64,000 bases of DNA from Bdellovibrio sp. (GTDB taxonomy: Bacteria > Bdellovibrionota > Bdellovibrionia > Bdellovibrionales > Bdellovibrionaceae). Below the pieces are notes generated by a model. That model was not told the DNA's origin. It saw only the letters and a program-made list of their open reading frames with translations, and did no database searches. The stretch spans positions 224,001 to 288,000 of the forward strand of contig JAKFBS010000004.1 in NCBI GenBank assembly GCA_036677065.1, read 5' to 3'. The translations under genes were made by a program, and so were the position numbers. Positions 1-9,388 of this stretch are shown piece by piece (positions within the stretch are counted from its first letter, which is position 1; the number at the start of each line of letters is the position of its first letter).

Positions 1-1
1 G

Positions 2-3000
2 CCCGCGCTTTCTTGTGATGCGGGTGGCCCGCCAAATTATTCTCCGCTATCTTTTGATGTTCGCAAAGTAGTCATGCAGTTCAATGATGGAGCTGGTTGG
101 CAAACACTTCCGGCAATGTCGATCAATGCTGTTCCGTATTCGATCTATTCTGGTGATTCACTTCGTTTAGGCGGAGTCAGCGCAACTAATTATATTCAAT
201 ACTCAACGATACCTACTTGCACAACTTCGCAAGCTATTCGTTACGATGGTTCAAGTTTTTCTTGTGTCACTTTAGCCAGCGGTGGTGGCGCATCCGGTAC
301 AATTACTTCGGCTGATGTGACAACGGCTCTCGGGTATACTCCGGCAAATATCTCAACGGTAGGTACTTCGTTTTCGACGGTGACTTCGACGATAAATTCG
401 TTAGGCAGTTCAGTGACCACGTTTTCAACGGCGATCGGTTCATTATCAACTTCATTGACAGCACTCAGTGCAGCGGTCAGCAGCATCACCAGTTCGCAGT
501 GGACGACCAGTGGCCCGGCAATATTTTATAATTCTGGAAGTGTCGGTATCGGAACAAGTGCTCCGGCGGCAGCCTTAGAGGTCAGTGCCGCAAACTCTGG
601 AACTAGAATTTTAGTAACGAATACAGATTCAACTGCGTCTAGATATCCAGGCGTAACTGTACATAATTATTTCGGCACTGCGGTCGGGGGCCATCCTTCT
701 TTTTCAATGACAAGTTTTGGCGGATCACAAGATTCTGTTTCTGCTTTTACACCATCGAAAACAGCAGGAGCATTTCTAATTAGCGCCCATGATGGAACTG
801 CCGTGCGAGAACTCGGCGGAATTCGGCTTTCAACTGGCGCAAGTTTTTCTGCAACTGACCGTGAAGCCGATATGTTTTTTAGCACTAGCGATGGAGTTTC
901 TGGATCCATTACTAAAATGACGTTATCGCGTGAAGGAAACTTAGGAATCGGAATAACTACTCCAGTCACAAAATTAGATGTTAGCGGTGGTGTGCGCATC
1001 GGTATGGAACCAGCATCATGTGCTGCCGCTTTAGCGGGTACATTAAGGTATACTTCTGGCAATGTTGAATACTGTGATGGCACAACATGGAGTGCGTTTG
1101 GTGTAGCTGGTTCAGGGTTAGCAACTTTTAATGGTTCAACATCAACGACGCAAACTTTAGCTACGGGATCTGGTGGAACAGCTCCGTTATTTTCATCGCT
1201 TAATGGTGTGCACACCATTAATATTCCAAATGCAGCATCTGCTGCTGTAACTGCAGGACTTTTAACAAATGCAGATTATCAAATTTTTACAAATAAAATG
1301 AATGCAACCAGTGCCGCAGTGATTTCGGCATTAGGTTATACTCCGGCAAGTGTGACAGCTCATGTTATGGCAACTTACCAAGTGCGAGTCGCGACTAGTG
1401 CCAATATCACTTTATCAGGAAATCAAACCATCGATGGCATAAGTGTTGTTGCTGGTGATCGTGTCTTAGTTAAAAATCAATCTGCACAGCAAGAAAACGG
1501 TGTGTATGTTGCAAGTGCTGGTGCATGGACACGTGCAGTAGATATAAATACGTGGGAAAAAACTATCGGCTACAAAGCTCACGTTGCAGAAGGTGCAGCT
1601 TGGGAAGGAATGACTTTTTCTTCAAACACATCGGTGGGCGGAACTCTTGATAGCACAGTTTTTGAGTGGAGTTCTGCAGGTAGCACAAACATCAGTTTAA
1701 ATACAGCGCAGGGCTTTAGTGCGCTTGGTGCAAATACGACAGGAACAACAAATGCTGCGTATGGGCCAGGAACTCTGGCTTTAAATACAACCGGATCAGC
1801 GAATACAGCCAATGGATATCGTGCTCTTTTTTCAAATTCAACGGGATCATATAATACAGCCAACGGAGCAATTTCACTTTTTTCAAATATTTCGGGATCA
1901 TATAATACGGCCAACGGATATCGTAGTCTTTACTTTAATACCGGAAGTTACAATACGGCGACAGGTTATCGTTCTCTTTATTTAAATTCTACAGGAATTA
2001 ATAATACAGCCAACGGTTATAATGCTCTGACAAATACGACGACCGGCAGTAATAATACAGGAATTGGTTTTAGCGCGGGAAGCGCGATCACTACCGGAAG
2101 TAACAACGTCGTCATTGGTTCAAACACAGGTTCAAGTTTTGCGACAGATTCAAATAATATTTCAATCAGTGATGGTTCGGGTAACGAACGAATTCGCGTG
2201 GTCTCAAGCGGTAATGTGGGGATTGGAACGACAACACCGGTAACAGCACTTCAAGTTTCAGGTGGTGTACGCATCAGCATGGAATCTGCTATTTGTGCCA
2301 CAAGTTATGCGGGAACTTTACGTTATAATTCTGGCAACGTGGAATTTTGTAACGGTGCAAGCTGGTCGGCTTTCGGTGCAGCTGGTGCTGGGATAACAAA
2401 TTTCAATGGTTCAACTTCCGGCTCACAAACTTTTGTCAATGGTACGACAGGTACAGCTCCTTTATTTGTAACCACTAATGGCGTGCATACATTAAATATT
2501 CCACTTGCATCAGCAGGTTCAGTTACGGCGGGCCTTTTATCGAATGCGGATTACACAACGTTCATGAATAAGATGACATCAAGTTCTGCAAGTATCGCAC
2601 AAGCGTTAGGTTATACACCAGCAGCCAGTGGTGCGATCGCTATTGCTGATTTAACAGATGCATACACTAATTCTAACGACAGTATTTTTATCGGTGTCGG
2701 TACACCCCAATCGGGGACAACATCCAATAATACAGCGCTCGGAGTAAGTGCTTTAGCGTTGCTTACCGACGGTTCAGAAAACGTCGCGATCGGCAATGAA
2801 GCTTTGTACAGTAATACCAGCGGTTATGCCAATACCGCAATTGGGTGGGAATCTTTATTTTCTAATACTACGGGTGGAAATAACACTTCTGTGGGTAATG
2901 AATCAATGGCTGCGAATACGACAGGTTATTCTAATAGTGCGCTCGGAAGCTGGGCTTTATATAGAAATACAACTGGTGGCTTCAACGTAGCTCTTGGTGA

Positions 3001-6000
3001 GGCCGCCATAGATTATAATACGAGTGGTAATTATAACATTGGTATTGGTGTGACAGCGGGACGTTATAATACCAATGGCAATTACAATACTTTTCTTGGA
3101 TCAAACGCTGGACGAGGTCAAGGAACTAATCTTTCAAATGTTTCAGGAAGCACTTTGGTTGGTTACAGTGCGGGATCCAATATTCTTACTGGCGCGAATG
3201 GCAATACACTTTTAGGTTATAAAGTGGGTGATAATATCACAACCGGATCTAAGAACATCGTCATCGGTTATGATATCGATGCCACAGCAGCTACGGCTTC
3301 TGACACATTAAACATTGGAAATCTTATTTTTGCTACAGGAGTAAATGGTGTTGGTACGACGATTTCTACAGGCAACGTCGGAATTGGCATCACTGACCCA
3401 AAAGCCATATTACATTTAAAAGCAGGAACCACAGCGGCCAATACGGCTCCTTTGAAATTTACAAGCGGAACATTGCTAACCTCTCCAGAATCAGGGACTG
3501 TTGAATATGATGGAACTAATTTATATTTCACTGACAGTACAAATATCCGTAGAACGATCGCATCGACAGCTGGTGCAGGAACATACGATAGCGCTTCACT
3601 GATTTCAAATTCTGGTAATATCACGATGTATCCAAATAGCGGAGCGGGCAGCGTTATTGTATCTGCCACAACGGCTTCAACGAATCCACAAACTGGGGCC
3701 TTAGTTGTAAAAGGTGGTGTAGGTGTTACAGGAGATATTAATGCATCAGGCACAATCAACGCGACAGTAGGCTTAGTTGCGCCATTAGTTGTCGGAAGCA
3801 ATGTCTCGAGCGGAAGTTTAATTTTAAATTCAACGACTCATGCCAATAAAGGAAATATTTATATTTCACCGCAAGACGCCGGTAAAGTGGCGATCGGTAA
3901 CGTAGACCCATTGGTGGGTTTGCATGTGCAAAAACCAGGTCCACTTAATTTAGTCGCGGTATTTCAAGCCGGCGCAAGTTCGGGATCAATCGCTTTAGGA
4001 ACCAATGCAACTTACCCAGCATCAGGCGGGCAAGTGCAAGGATTGGATGGTTCAGGTGCAGCAGGCACATTAGTGTTAAATGCAATCGGTGGTAATGTTG
4101 GCGTCGGCACAGCAGCGCCTTTAGCGCCTCTTCATGTTAAAAGACCTTTTGGTTCTGGTCAGTCGTTACTCTTAGAGGGCGACTCTGCAACGACTGGAAC
4201 TCCAAAACTTACATTTTTAGATACTAACGGTGGATCTACGCAAGGCCATCTTGGATTCGATGCCACAAATGGTTTTAGCATGATGGGTGGTAAGGTTGGT
4301 ATCGGTACTGTGTCTCCAGCAGGTGTGCTCGAAATTAATACTCCAGATGCAACGCCAAATATTTTATTAAGCCGTACAGCTATGGCAACCAAATGGGCTA
4401 TTCGTAATTCAAATAATGGCGTGAGTGACACGTTGTTAATCGGAGATAATGCAAATAATCTATCAGGCATTTCTATTGAAGCATCGGGCCGCGTAGGAAT
4501 TGGGTTAACAATACCAGTAACTAAATTAGATGTATCCGGTGCAATTCGCATCAGTGATGATCAAACCGCGTGTACTTCAGCAAACAAAGGGGCGATGCGT
4601 TTTAATCAGTCGACAAATATTTTTGAAATGTGTGATGGAACTTCGTGGAATATCTCTGCCAGTGCCGATTTAATTCCTGCAAGTTCGATTGTGCTGATGT
4701 CAGCGTGTCCAGTAGGTTGGACAAATAATGGACTAGCTGCAGTTGCCGGGCCTGGGGCGGTAACATGTAATGGTATTACTTGCAGTCTTTGTCAGGCGCC
4801 AAGTGCTTCGCTCGTGCCAGCAAATTCAAATATGTTAATGGAATCTTGCCCGTCGGGTTGGGCAACCGTGAGTAAAGCCGGAGGCCCGGGTCGTTCTGGT
4901 TATGCTCTTGGCGGCAGCTTGGTTGATTTTGTGACTTGCCAATCTCCGGCGATAAGTTCTGTTATGCCCAAAGGTAGTCGTCTGATAATGCAATTTTGTC
5001 CGGCGGCGTGGAATGATTTAGGTGATACAGGGCCAACGCAAATTCTGGCAAATTGCGGAGCGATATCTTGTCGTGTGTGTGAAGTTCCAGGTGGCGTAGC
5101 AAATCCAAGAGTGCTTTACGGTGGTACGGCTAGTGGTTCTGCAGCTCTTGGGTCTGAAGTAAGTATTATCGGCGGGCGTGGTGGTTCAACATCTGGTTGG
5201 GGTGGTCCTGTAAATATTCGTGGTGGGACGTCAACCGAAGGTCAAGGCGGATCAGTGTTTATTAATGCAGGAGTCGCATCAACAACAACGAACACTAGCT
5301 ATGCAGGGGCATCTATTTATTTAGAAGCGGGTGATGGTGTTGTTAGTGGTATCGGAGGAGTAATCAGTTTAAAAGCTGGCAAATCAGTAGATGGAATCTA
5401 CGAAGATATTCATTTGCAATCCACTGGTGGTCGTGTTGGCATCGGTACGACAAATGCCGAACAACGACTTCACGTTGCGGGTAACTCAACACTGTTAGGT
5501 TCATTACAAACAAATATTTCAGCTTATGCCAGTGGTGGTATTCGCTTAACTGGCAATGGCGGTGCCTCACAAGAAGCGATTTCTTTCTGGGGTGGTAATA
5601 GTGGCGGTGGTGCCGCGATTGCTTTTAGACGCGATGATAATTTAGGAAGTTATCTTGATTTTTACACAGACAATACCGGTTTCGGAAACATCACCCACGC
5701 AGCGACACTTAATAATTTAGGTAATTTTGGTATAGGAACAGCTTCGCCAACCACTAGATTGCATGTAGCAAACTCTTCAACAGTAACAAATGCAGTCGCT
5801 ACTTTAGAATCGACCGGTGCTGGCGGCAGACCTTACATGAAATTTCGCGGCGACGGTGCAGATATGGGTTATGTCGGTTACGGCAGTACGGCTCAGCCCA
5901 ATTTAATTCTTATGAACTATGCTTCTGGCCCGACCTACTTAGGAACAAATTCATTAATTCGCATGAGCATTACATCTTCAGGAGCCGTTGGTATCGGCAC

Positions 6001-6772
6001 GCAAACACCAGAAAATTTATTAGATGTCGCCGGCACGGCACAAGTAAATTACTTAAGAGTAGATGCATCTGATGCGATCAGTGAGGGCGGAGAAATCCAG
6101 TTAATAGGTTCACCGACTTACACAAATCTTCAGTTAGATAATTTTCAGGGAAATTTCAGAGTACACACTTTAGCTGCCGGTAAAAAGATGCAGGTTCTGG
6201 GTGGCACGATGTCAGTTGAAGGTACTGGCGGCACAAATTATTTTGCTGCAGCAGTGGGTATTGGTAATCCGTCACCAGCAGTTGCTTTGGATGTGACCGG
6301 TGATATCCGCGGTACAGGTACTGTGGCGACTTGGTCAGATTTGCGCACAAAGAAAAATATTAAAGTGATTCCTGATTCACTAAATAAAATTTTGCATCTT
6401 CGAGGTGTGGGTTTTGATTGGCGCACTGATGAATTTCCAGATAAAAAATTTAAAACGACACCTGATATCGGGGTAATTGCCCAAGAAGTTGAAAAAGTAT
6501 TTCCTGAAGTTGTTAAAACTTCATCTGATGGTTATAAATCTGTTGGGTATGCGCAGTTAGTGGCTCCGTTAATTGAAGCGGTCAAAGAACTTTATCACAA
6601 AATCACAGGCGTCGAACGTAAAGTTGATCGCACCGTAGCCGCAGTCGCAAGTATCGAAGCTAAAAAAGCGGATAAAATTGAAGTGGATGCTTTAAAAGCT
6701 GAAAATGCAGAGCTAAAATCCCGTTTAGAGCGTCTTGAAAAAATGATGCTAAATCAGCAAAAATCGAAATAA
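2..6772 (+). CDS. Giant mosaic trimeric fibre/adhesin with C-terminal peptidase S74 intramolecular chaperone (MAT-like); 5' end lies before the window
   Basis: The frame is open from base 2 (PALSCDAGG...) into the 74..6772 ORF. It has many GNVGIGTTxP repeats, 14-aa NTAxGYxAL repeats, a phage tail-fibre-like segment and a C-terminal SDLRTKKNI...GVIAQEVEKVFPEVV...YAQLVAPLIEAVKEL S74 signature followed by a coiled coil. Confidence 0.9.
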   Translation, partial: PALSCDAGGPPNYSPLSFDVRKVVMQFNDGAGWQTLPAMSINAVPYSIYSGDSLRLGGVSATNYIQYSTIPTCTTSQAIRYDGSSFSCVTLASGGGASGTITSADVTTALGYTPANISTVGTSFSTVTSTINSLGSSVTTFSTAIGSLSTSLTALSAAVSSITSSQWTTSGPAIFYNSGSVGIGTSAPAAALEVSAANSGTRILVTNTDSTASRYPGVTVHNYFGTAVGGHPSFSMTSFGGSQDSVSAFTPSKTAGAFLISAHDGTAVRELGGIRLSTGASFSATDREADMFFSTSDGVSGSITKMTLSREGNLGIGITTPVTKLDVSGGVRIGMEPASCAAALAGTLRYTSGNVEYCDGTTWSAFGVAGSGLATFNGSTSTTQTLATGSGGTAPLFSSLNGVHTINIPNAASAAVTAGLLTNADYQIFTNKMNATSAAVISALGYTPASVTAHVMATYQVRVATSANITLSGNQTIDGISVVAGDRVLVKNQSAQQENGVYVASAGAWTRAVDINTWEKTIGYKAHVAEGAAWEGMTFSSNTSVGGTLDSTVFEWSSAGSTNISLNTAQGFSALGANTTGTTNAAYGPGTLALNTTGSANTANGYRALFSNSTGSYNTANGAISLFSNISGSYNTANGYRSLYFNTGSYNTATGYRSLYLNSTGINNTANGYNALTNTTTGSNNTGIGFSAGSAITTGSNNVVIGSNTGSSFATDSNNISISDGSGNERIRVVSSGNVGIGTTTPVTALQVSGGVRISMESAICATSYAGTLRYNSGNVEFCNGASWSAFGAAGAGITNFNGSTSGSQTFVNGTTGTAPLFVTTNGVHTLNIPLASAGSVTAGLLSNADYTTFMNKMTSSSASIAQALGYTPAASGAIAIADLTDAYTNSNDSIFIGVGTPQSGTTSNNTALGVSALALLTDGSENVAIGNEALYSNTSGYANTAIGWESLFSNTTGGNNTSVGNESMAANTTGYSNSALGSWALYRNTTGGFNVALGEAAIDYNTSGNYNIGIGVTAGRYNTNGNYNTFLGSNAGRGQGTNLSNVSGSTLVGYSAGSNILTGANGNTLLGYKVGDNITTGSKNIVIGYDIDATAATASDTLNIGNLIFATGVNGVGTTISTGNVGIGITDPKAILHLKAGTTAANTAPLKFTSGTLLTSPESGTVEYDGTNLYFTDSTNIRRTIASTAGAGTYDSASLISNSGNITMYPNSGAGSVIVSATTASTNPQTGALVVKGGVGVTGDINASGTINATVGLVAPLVVGSNVSSGSLILNSTTHANKGNIYISPQDAGKVAIGNVDPLVGLHVQKPGPLNLVAVFQAGASSGSIALGTNATYPASGGQVQGLDGSGAAGTLVLNAIGGNVGVGTAAPLAPLHVKRPFGSGQSLLLEGDSATTGTPKLTFLDTNGGSTQGHLGFDATNGFSMMGGKVGIGTVSPAGVLEINTPDATPNILLSRTAMATKWAIRNSNNGVSDTLLIGDNANNLSGISIEASGRVGIGLTIPVTKLDVSGAIRISDDQTACTSANKGAMRFNQSTNIFEMCDGTSWNISASADLIPASSIVLMSACPVGWTNNGLAAVAGPGAVTCNGITCSLCQAPSASLVPANSNMLMESCPSGWATVSKAGGPGRSGYALGGSLVDFVTCQSPAISSVMPKGSRLIMQFCPAAWNDLGDTGPTQILANCGAISCRVCEVPGGVANPRVLYGGTASGSAALGSEVSIIGGRGGSTSGWGGPVNIRGGTSTEGQGGSVFINAGVASTTTNTSYAGASIYLEAGDGVVSGIGGVISLKAGKSVDGIYEDIHLQSTGGRVGIGTTNAEQRLHVAGNSTLLGSLQTNISAYASGGIRLTGNGGASQEAISFWGGNSGGGAAIAFRRDDNLGSYLDFYTDNTGFGNITHAATLNNLGNFGIGTASPTTRLHVANSSTVTNAVATLESTGAGGRPYMKFRGDGADMGYVGYGSTAQPNLILMNYASGPTYLGTNSLIRMSITSSGAVGIGTQTPENLLDVAGTAQVNYLRVDASDAISEGGEIQLIGSPTYTNLQLDNFQGNFRVHTLAAGKKMQVLGGTMSVEGTGGTNYFAAAVGIGNPSPAVALDVTGDIRGTGTVATWSDLRTKKNIKVIPDSLNKILHLRGVGFDWRTDEFPDKKFKTTPDIGVIAQEVEKVFPEVVKTSSDGYKSVGYAQLVAPLIEAVKELYHKITGVERKVDRTVAAVASIEAKKADKIEVDALKAENAELKSRLERLEKMMLNQQKSK

Positions 6773-6896
6773 TTATTAAGTTCAGATCATTCCAATGATC
6801 GTCAATCTTCCGATTCAGCTTTGCCTTTTTCGATGTATTATATTGGCTTTCATATTCCGGATTCCAACCCGCAAGCCTCCTCATTTCGTTATTACC

Positions 6897-6909
6897 GGGG
6901 CACCGCCCC
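6897..6909. repeat. GC-rich palindrome GGGGCACCGCCCC; inverted copy at 7339-7351
   Basis: Read directly: 5-bp stem with 3-nt loop, and its exact reverse complement lies inside the transposase gene. Confidence 0.75.
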
Positions 6910-6938
6910 TGAACGTCTTATTGCATTGGTTCACGTCC

Positions 6939-7571
6939 ATGCAACAAACATCTTTTTTAAGAACTCATCGAATTTCTAAATTTCACGGAGGAGAACCTTC
7001 TATTGGACGTCGGCGTGCGCGCAGGCCCCTGACGACGAAACTTCCGATTCATGTGACGTTACGCTCTGATTTTGCCTTCGGCGGGCGGTGCCTTATGAAA
7101 CACCGCAAACTGATCTACGCAATTCTTCGGAAGGCCTCGAAACGATTTAATATTTCAATCTACGAACGCGCGATTTGCGGCAATCATATTCATCTTTTAG
7201 TGCGGGGAAAAAAGCGCATAGACTTGCAGAATTTTTTTCGGGTCGTGGCTGGTCATATTGCTCAGCAGATCTTGCTTCAGTTTCCGATCCGTCAAAACGA
7301 GCGATTAGCTACGAAATTACTGAATCGCCGTAATCAATGGGGCGGTGCCCCCGCCGTCCCTGAAAATAAATGTAAGCACCCGAAGAATCAGTATAAGTTT
7401 TGGCAAGCGTTGCTGTTTTCAAGACTGCTTTCAGGATGGGGGCGCGAGTATCAAAGCGTGAAAAAATATATCGTGCAGAATACATTACAGGCGCTGAAAC
7501 TTATTCCCTATCAACAACGCAAAAAACGCTACAATGGTCAATATAACCAAAAAGTGAATAATACTTCATAA
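6939..7571 (+). mobile_element. Y1/HUH transposase-like protein (IS200/RAYT-like)
   Basis: PIHVTLR motif, HUH motif NHIHLLVR and late YIVQN tyrosine. ATG 6939 is preferred over the ORF-track start at 6795. Confidence 0.75.
7339..7351. repeat. GC-rich palindrome GGGGCGGTGCCCC inside the transposase CDS
   Basis: Exact 13-bp reverse complement of 6897-6909; encodes the (W)GGAP stretch. Confidence 0.75.
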
Positions 7572-7728
7572 GTAAGAATACTTCGTTTTGTGGCCTGATA
7601 TGGCTTGCGTAAAGAGCGTCAAAACTTTCGACACTGTTTGTAGTCAATAGGGTAAAACTTTTACGTGAACTGTTGGCCTTGCAATCGCATTCCCACAGAG
7701 TGAAAAACACCTGCTAAAGTCTTAAGTT

Positions 7729-9171
7729 ATGACATATGCAAATAAATTTTTAGCGGCATTCATTTTAACTTCAAGCTTATTGGCCGAGGCATCACCACGC
7801 ACGGTGATGGTGCATTTATTTGAATGGAAGTGGAACGATATCGCTCGTGAATGCGAAACGTACTTGGGGCCAAACGGTTTTGCCGGCGTGCAAGTGTCGC
7901 CGCCGAATGAACATGCTATTGTCGATGGTCAGCCGTGGTATCAGCGTTACCAACCGGTGTCTTATATTTTAAATTCTCGTTCAGGAAACCGTGAAGAGTT
8001 CGTCAACATGGTTAAAACTTGTAAAAAAGCAGGCGTTGATATTTACGTTGATGCCGTTATCAATCACATGACAGGTATTTTACCTCAGGGCGAAGAGCGC
8101 ACCGGCTCTTCGGGTTCGCGCTTTGGCCATTTTAGTTATCCAGATTACAGTTATAATGATTTTCATCACTGTGGCCGCAATGGCAACGATCAAATTAATA
8201 ATTACGGCGATCGATATGAAGTACAAAACTGTGCACTTGTTGGCTTAGCTGATTTAAGTATCGAAAAAGATTACGTGCGTGATCGCATTGCGCAATACTT
8301 AAATGATTTAGTTGATATTGGTGTTGCAGGTTTTCGCATTGATGCCGCAAAACACATGTCGACGAATTCTTTAAATGATATTTTAAAACGTGTTAAAGGC
8401 AATGCTTACATTTACCAAGAAGTCATCGATCAAGGTGGCGAAGCCATTTCTGCTCATGAATATTTTCAAAATGGAGATGTCACTGAATTTAAATACAGTC
8501 TTGATTTATCACGCGTTATGCAAGGTGGAAAATTACACTGGCTCAATGACAAAGCTCAATTTGGCGAGGGCTGGGGTTACATGCAAAGCCAAAATGCAGT
8601 GGTATTTGTAGATAATCACGATAACCAGCGCGGTCACGGTGGTGGTGGTCACATCTTAAATTATCAAAATGGTCGCGACTATGAATTAGCCAGCGTATTA
8701 ATGTTAGCTTGGCCTTACGGTTACCCGCAAGTGATGTCGAGCTTTGCTTTTACGAGCCCGAACACTTCGCCACCGGCATTTGCTGATGGCAGTACTAAGT
8801 CAGTTGATTGTTTATCACGCGCACAAGGCCCGCAAGCTCAAGAAGGTTGGGTGTGTGAACACCGTTGGCCAATGATTCGTGAAATGGTAAACTTCAGAAA
8901 TGTAACAAGCTCTAAATTTACTCTGAATAATTGGTGGAGTAATGGCCATAACCAAATCGCTTTTTCCAGAGGAGATTTAGGTTTTGTTGTGATTAATCAT
9001 GAAAACCAGGAATTAAAACAAACCCTGCAAACTGGATTGTCACAAGGTTTGTATTGTGATGTTTTAAGTCAAAACTGCGAGCGCAAAATTGAAGTGCGCG
9101 CTAATGGTGAAGCTGAAATTACAGTGTCAGCCCAGAACGCCGCTGCAATTCACGTCGGCCGCAGACTTTAA
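7729..9171 (+). CDS. Secreted alpha-amylase, GH13
   Basis: Signal peptide plus GH13 conserved regions DAVINH, GFRIDAAKH, YQEVID and FVDNHDNQRGHG. Confidence 0.93.
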   Translation: MTYANKFLAAFILTSSLLAEASPRTVMVHLFEWKWNDIARECETYLGPNGFAGVQVSPPNEHAIVDGQPWYQRYQPVSYILNSRSGNREEFVNMVKTCKKAGVDIYVDAVINHMTGILPQGEERTGSSGSRFGHFSYPDYSYNDFHHCGRNGNDQINNYGDRYEVQNCALVGLADLSIEKDYVRDRIAQYLNDLVDIGVAGFRIDAAKHMSTNSLNDILKRVKGNAYIYQEVIDQGGEAISAHEYFQNGDVTEFKYSLDLSRVMQGGKLHWLNDKAQFGEGWGYMQSQNAVVFVDNHDNQRGHGGGGHILNYQNGRDYELASVLMLAWPYGYPQVMSSFAFTSPNTSPPAFADGSTKSVDCLSRAQGPQAQEGWVCEHRWPMIREMVNFRNVTSSKFTLNNWWSNGHNQIAFSRGDLGFVVINHENQELKQTLQTGLSQGLYCDVLSQNCERKIEVRANGEAEITVSAQNAAAIHVGRRL

Positions 9172-9378
9172 TTAGCCATGGCGGTGAGAGCCTGAGTGTT
9201 GTGAGGTGTGTTTAGACTTCACAGCTTTTCCAGCTCCACCGGTTTTTTTATTAACCGTAGCCCAGGCAATACGTTCACTGGCTTTTTCTGAGCGCCCTTG
9301 TTTTTTTTCGCTCTCTTCAATATGTTCAGCCATTCTTTTTTGTTTATCTGTGTATTTGGCTTTACTTCCTTTTGCCAT
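9172..9378 (-). CDS. Small basic conserved protein (YTDKQKR...RIAWATVNK family, ChaB-like/stress-associated)
   Basis: AGGAGG RBS (9385-9390, minus strand) before ATG 9378; recognisable conserved motif. Confidence 0.75.
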   Translation of the reverse strand: MAKGSKAKYTDKQKRMAEHIEESEKKQGRSEKASERIAWATVNKKTGGAGKAVKSKHTSQHSGSHRHG

Positions 9379-9388
9379 AAAAATCCTC

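Noticed and set aside
935..2626. Duplicated fibre segments as a DGR template/variable repeat pair
   Set aside because: Differences are not adenine-specific, both copies are coding, and no reverse transcriptase is present in the window.
1700..3260. Roughly 42-bp periodic repeats (AATACxGCCAAxGG) as a possible CRISPR array
   Set aside because: They are in-frame, degenerate at third codon positions and encode 14-aa repeats; there are no unique spacers or cas genes.
241..6426. Many minus-strand and alternate-frame ORFs within the fibre gene
   Set aside because: Shadow ORFs caused by Gly/Thr/Ser/Ala codon bias; they show no RBS or recognisable motifs.
6795..6938. Extended N-terminus of the transposase ORF
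   Set aside because: It looks non-coding and contains the upstream palindrome; ATG 6939 is more plausible.
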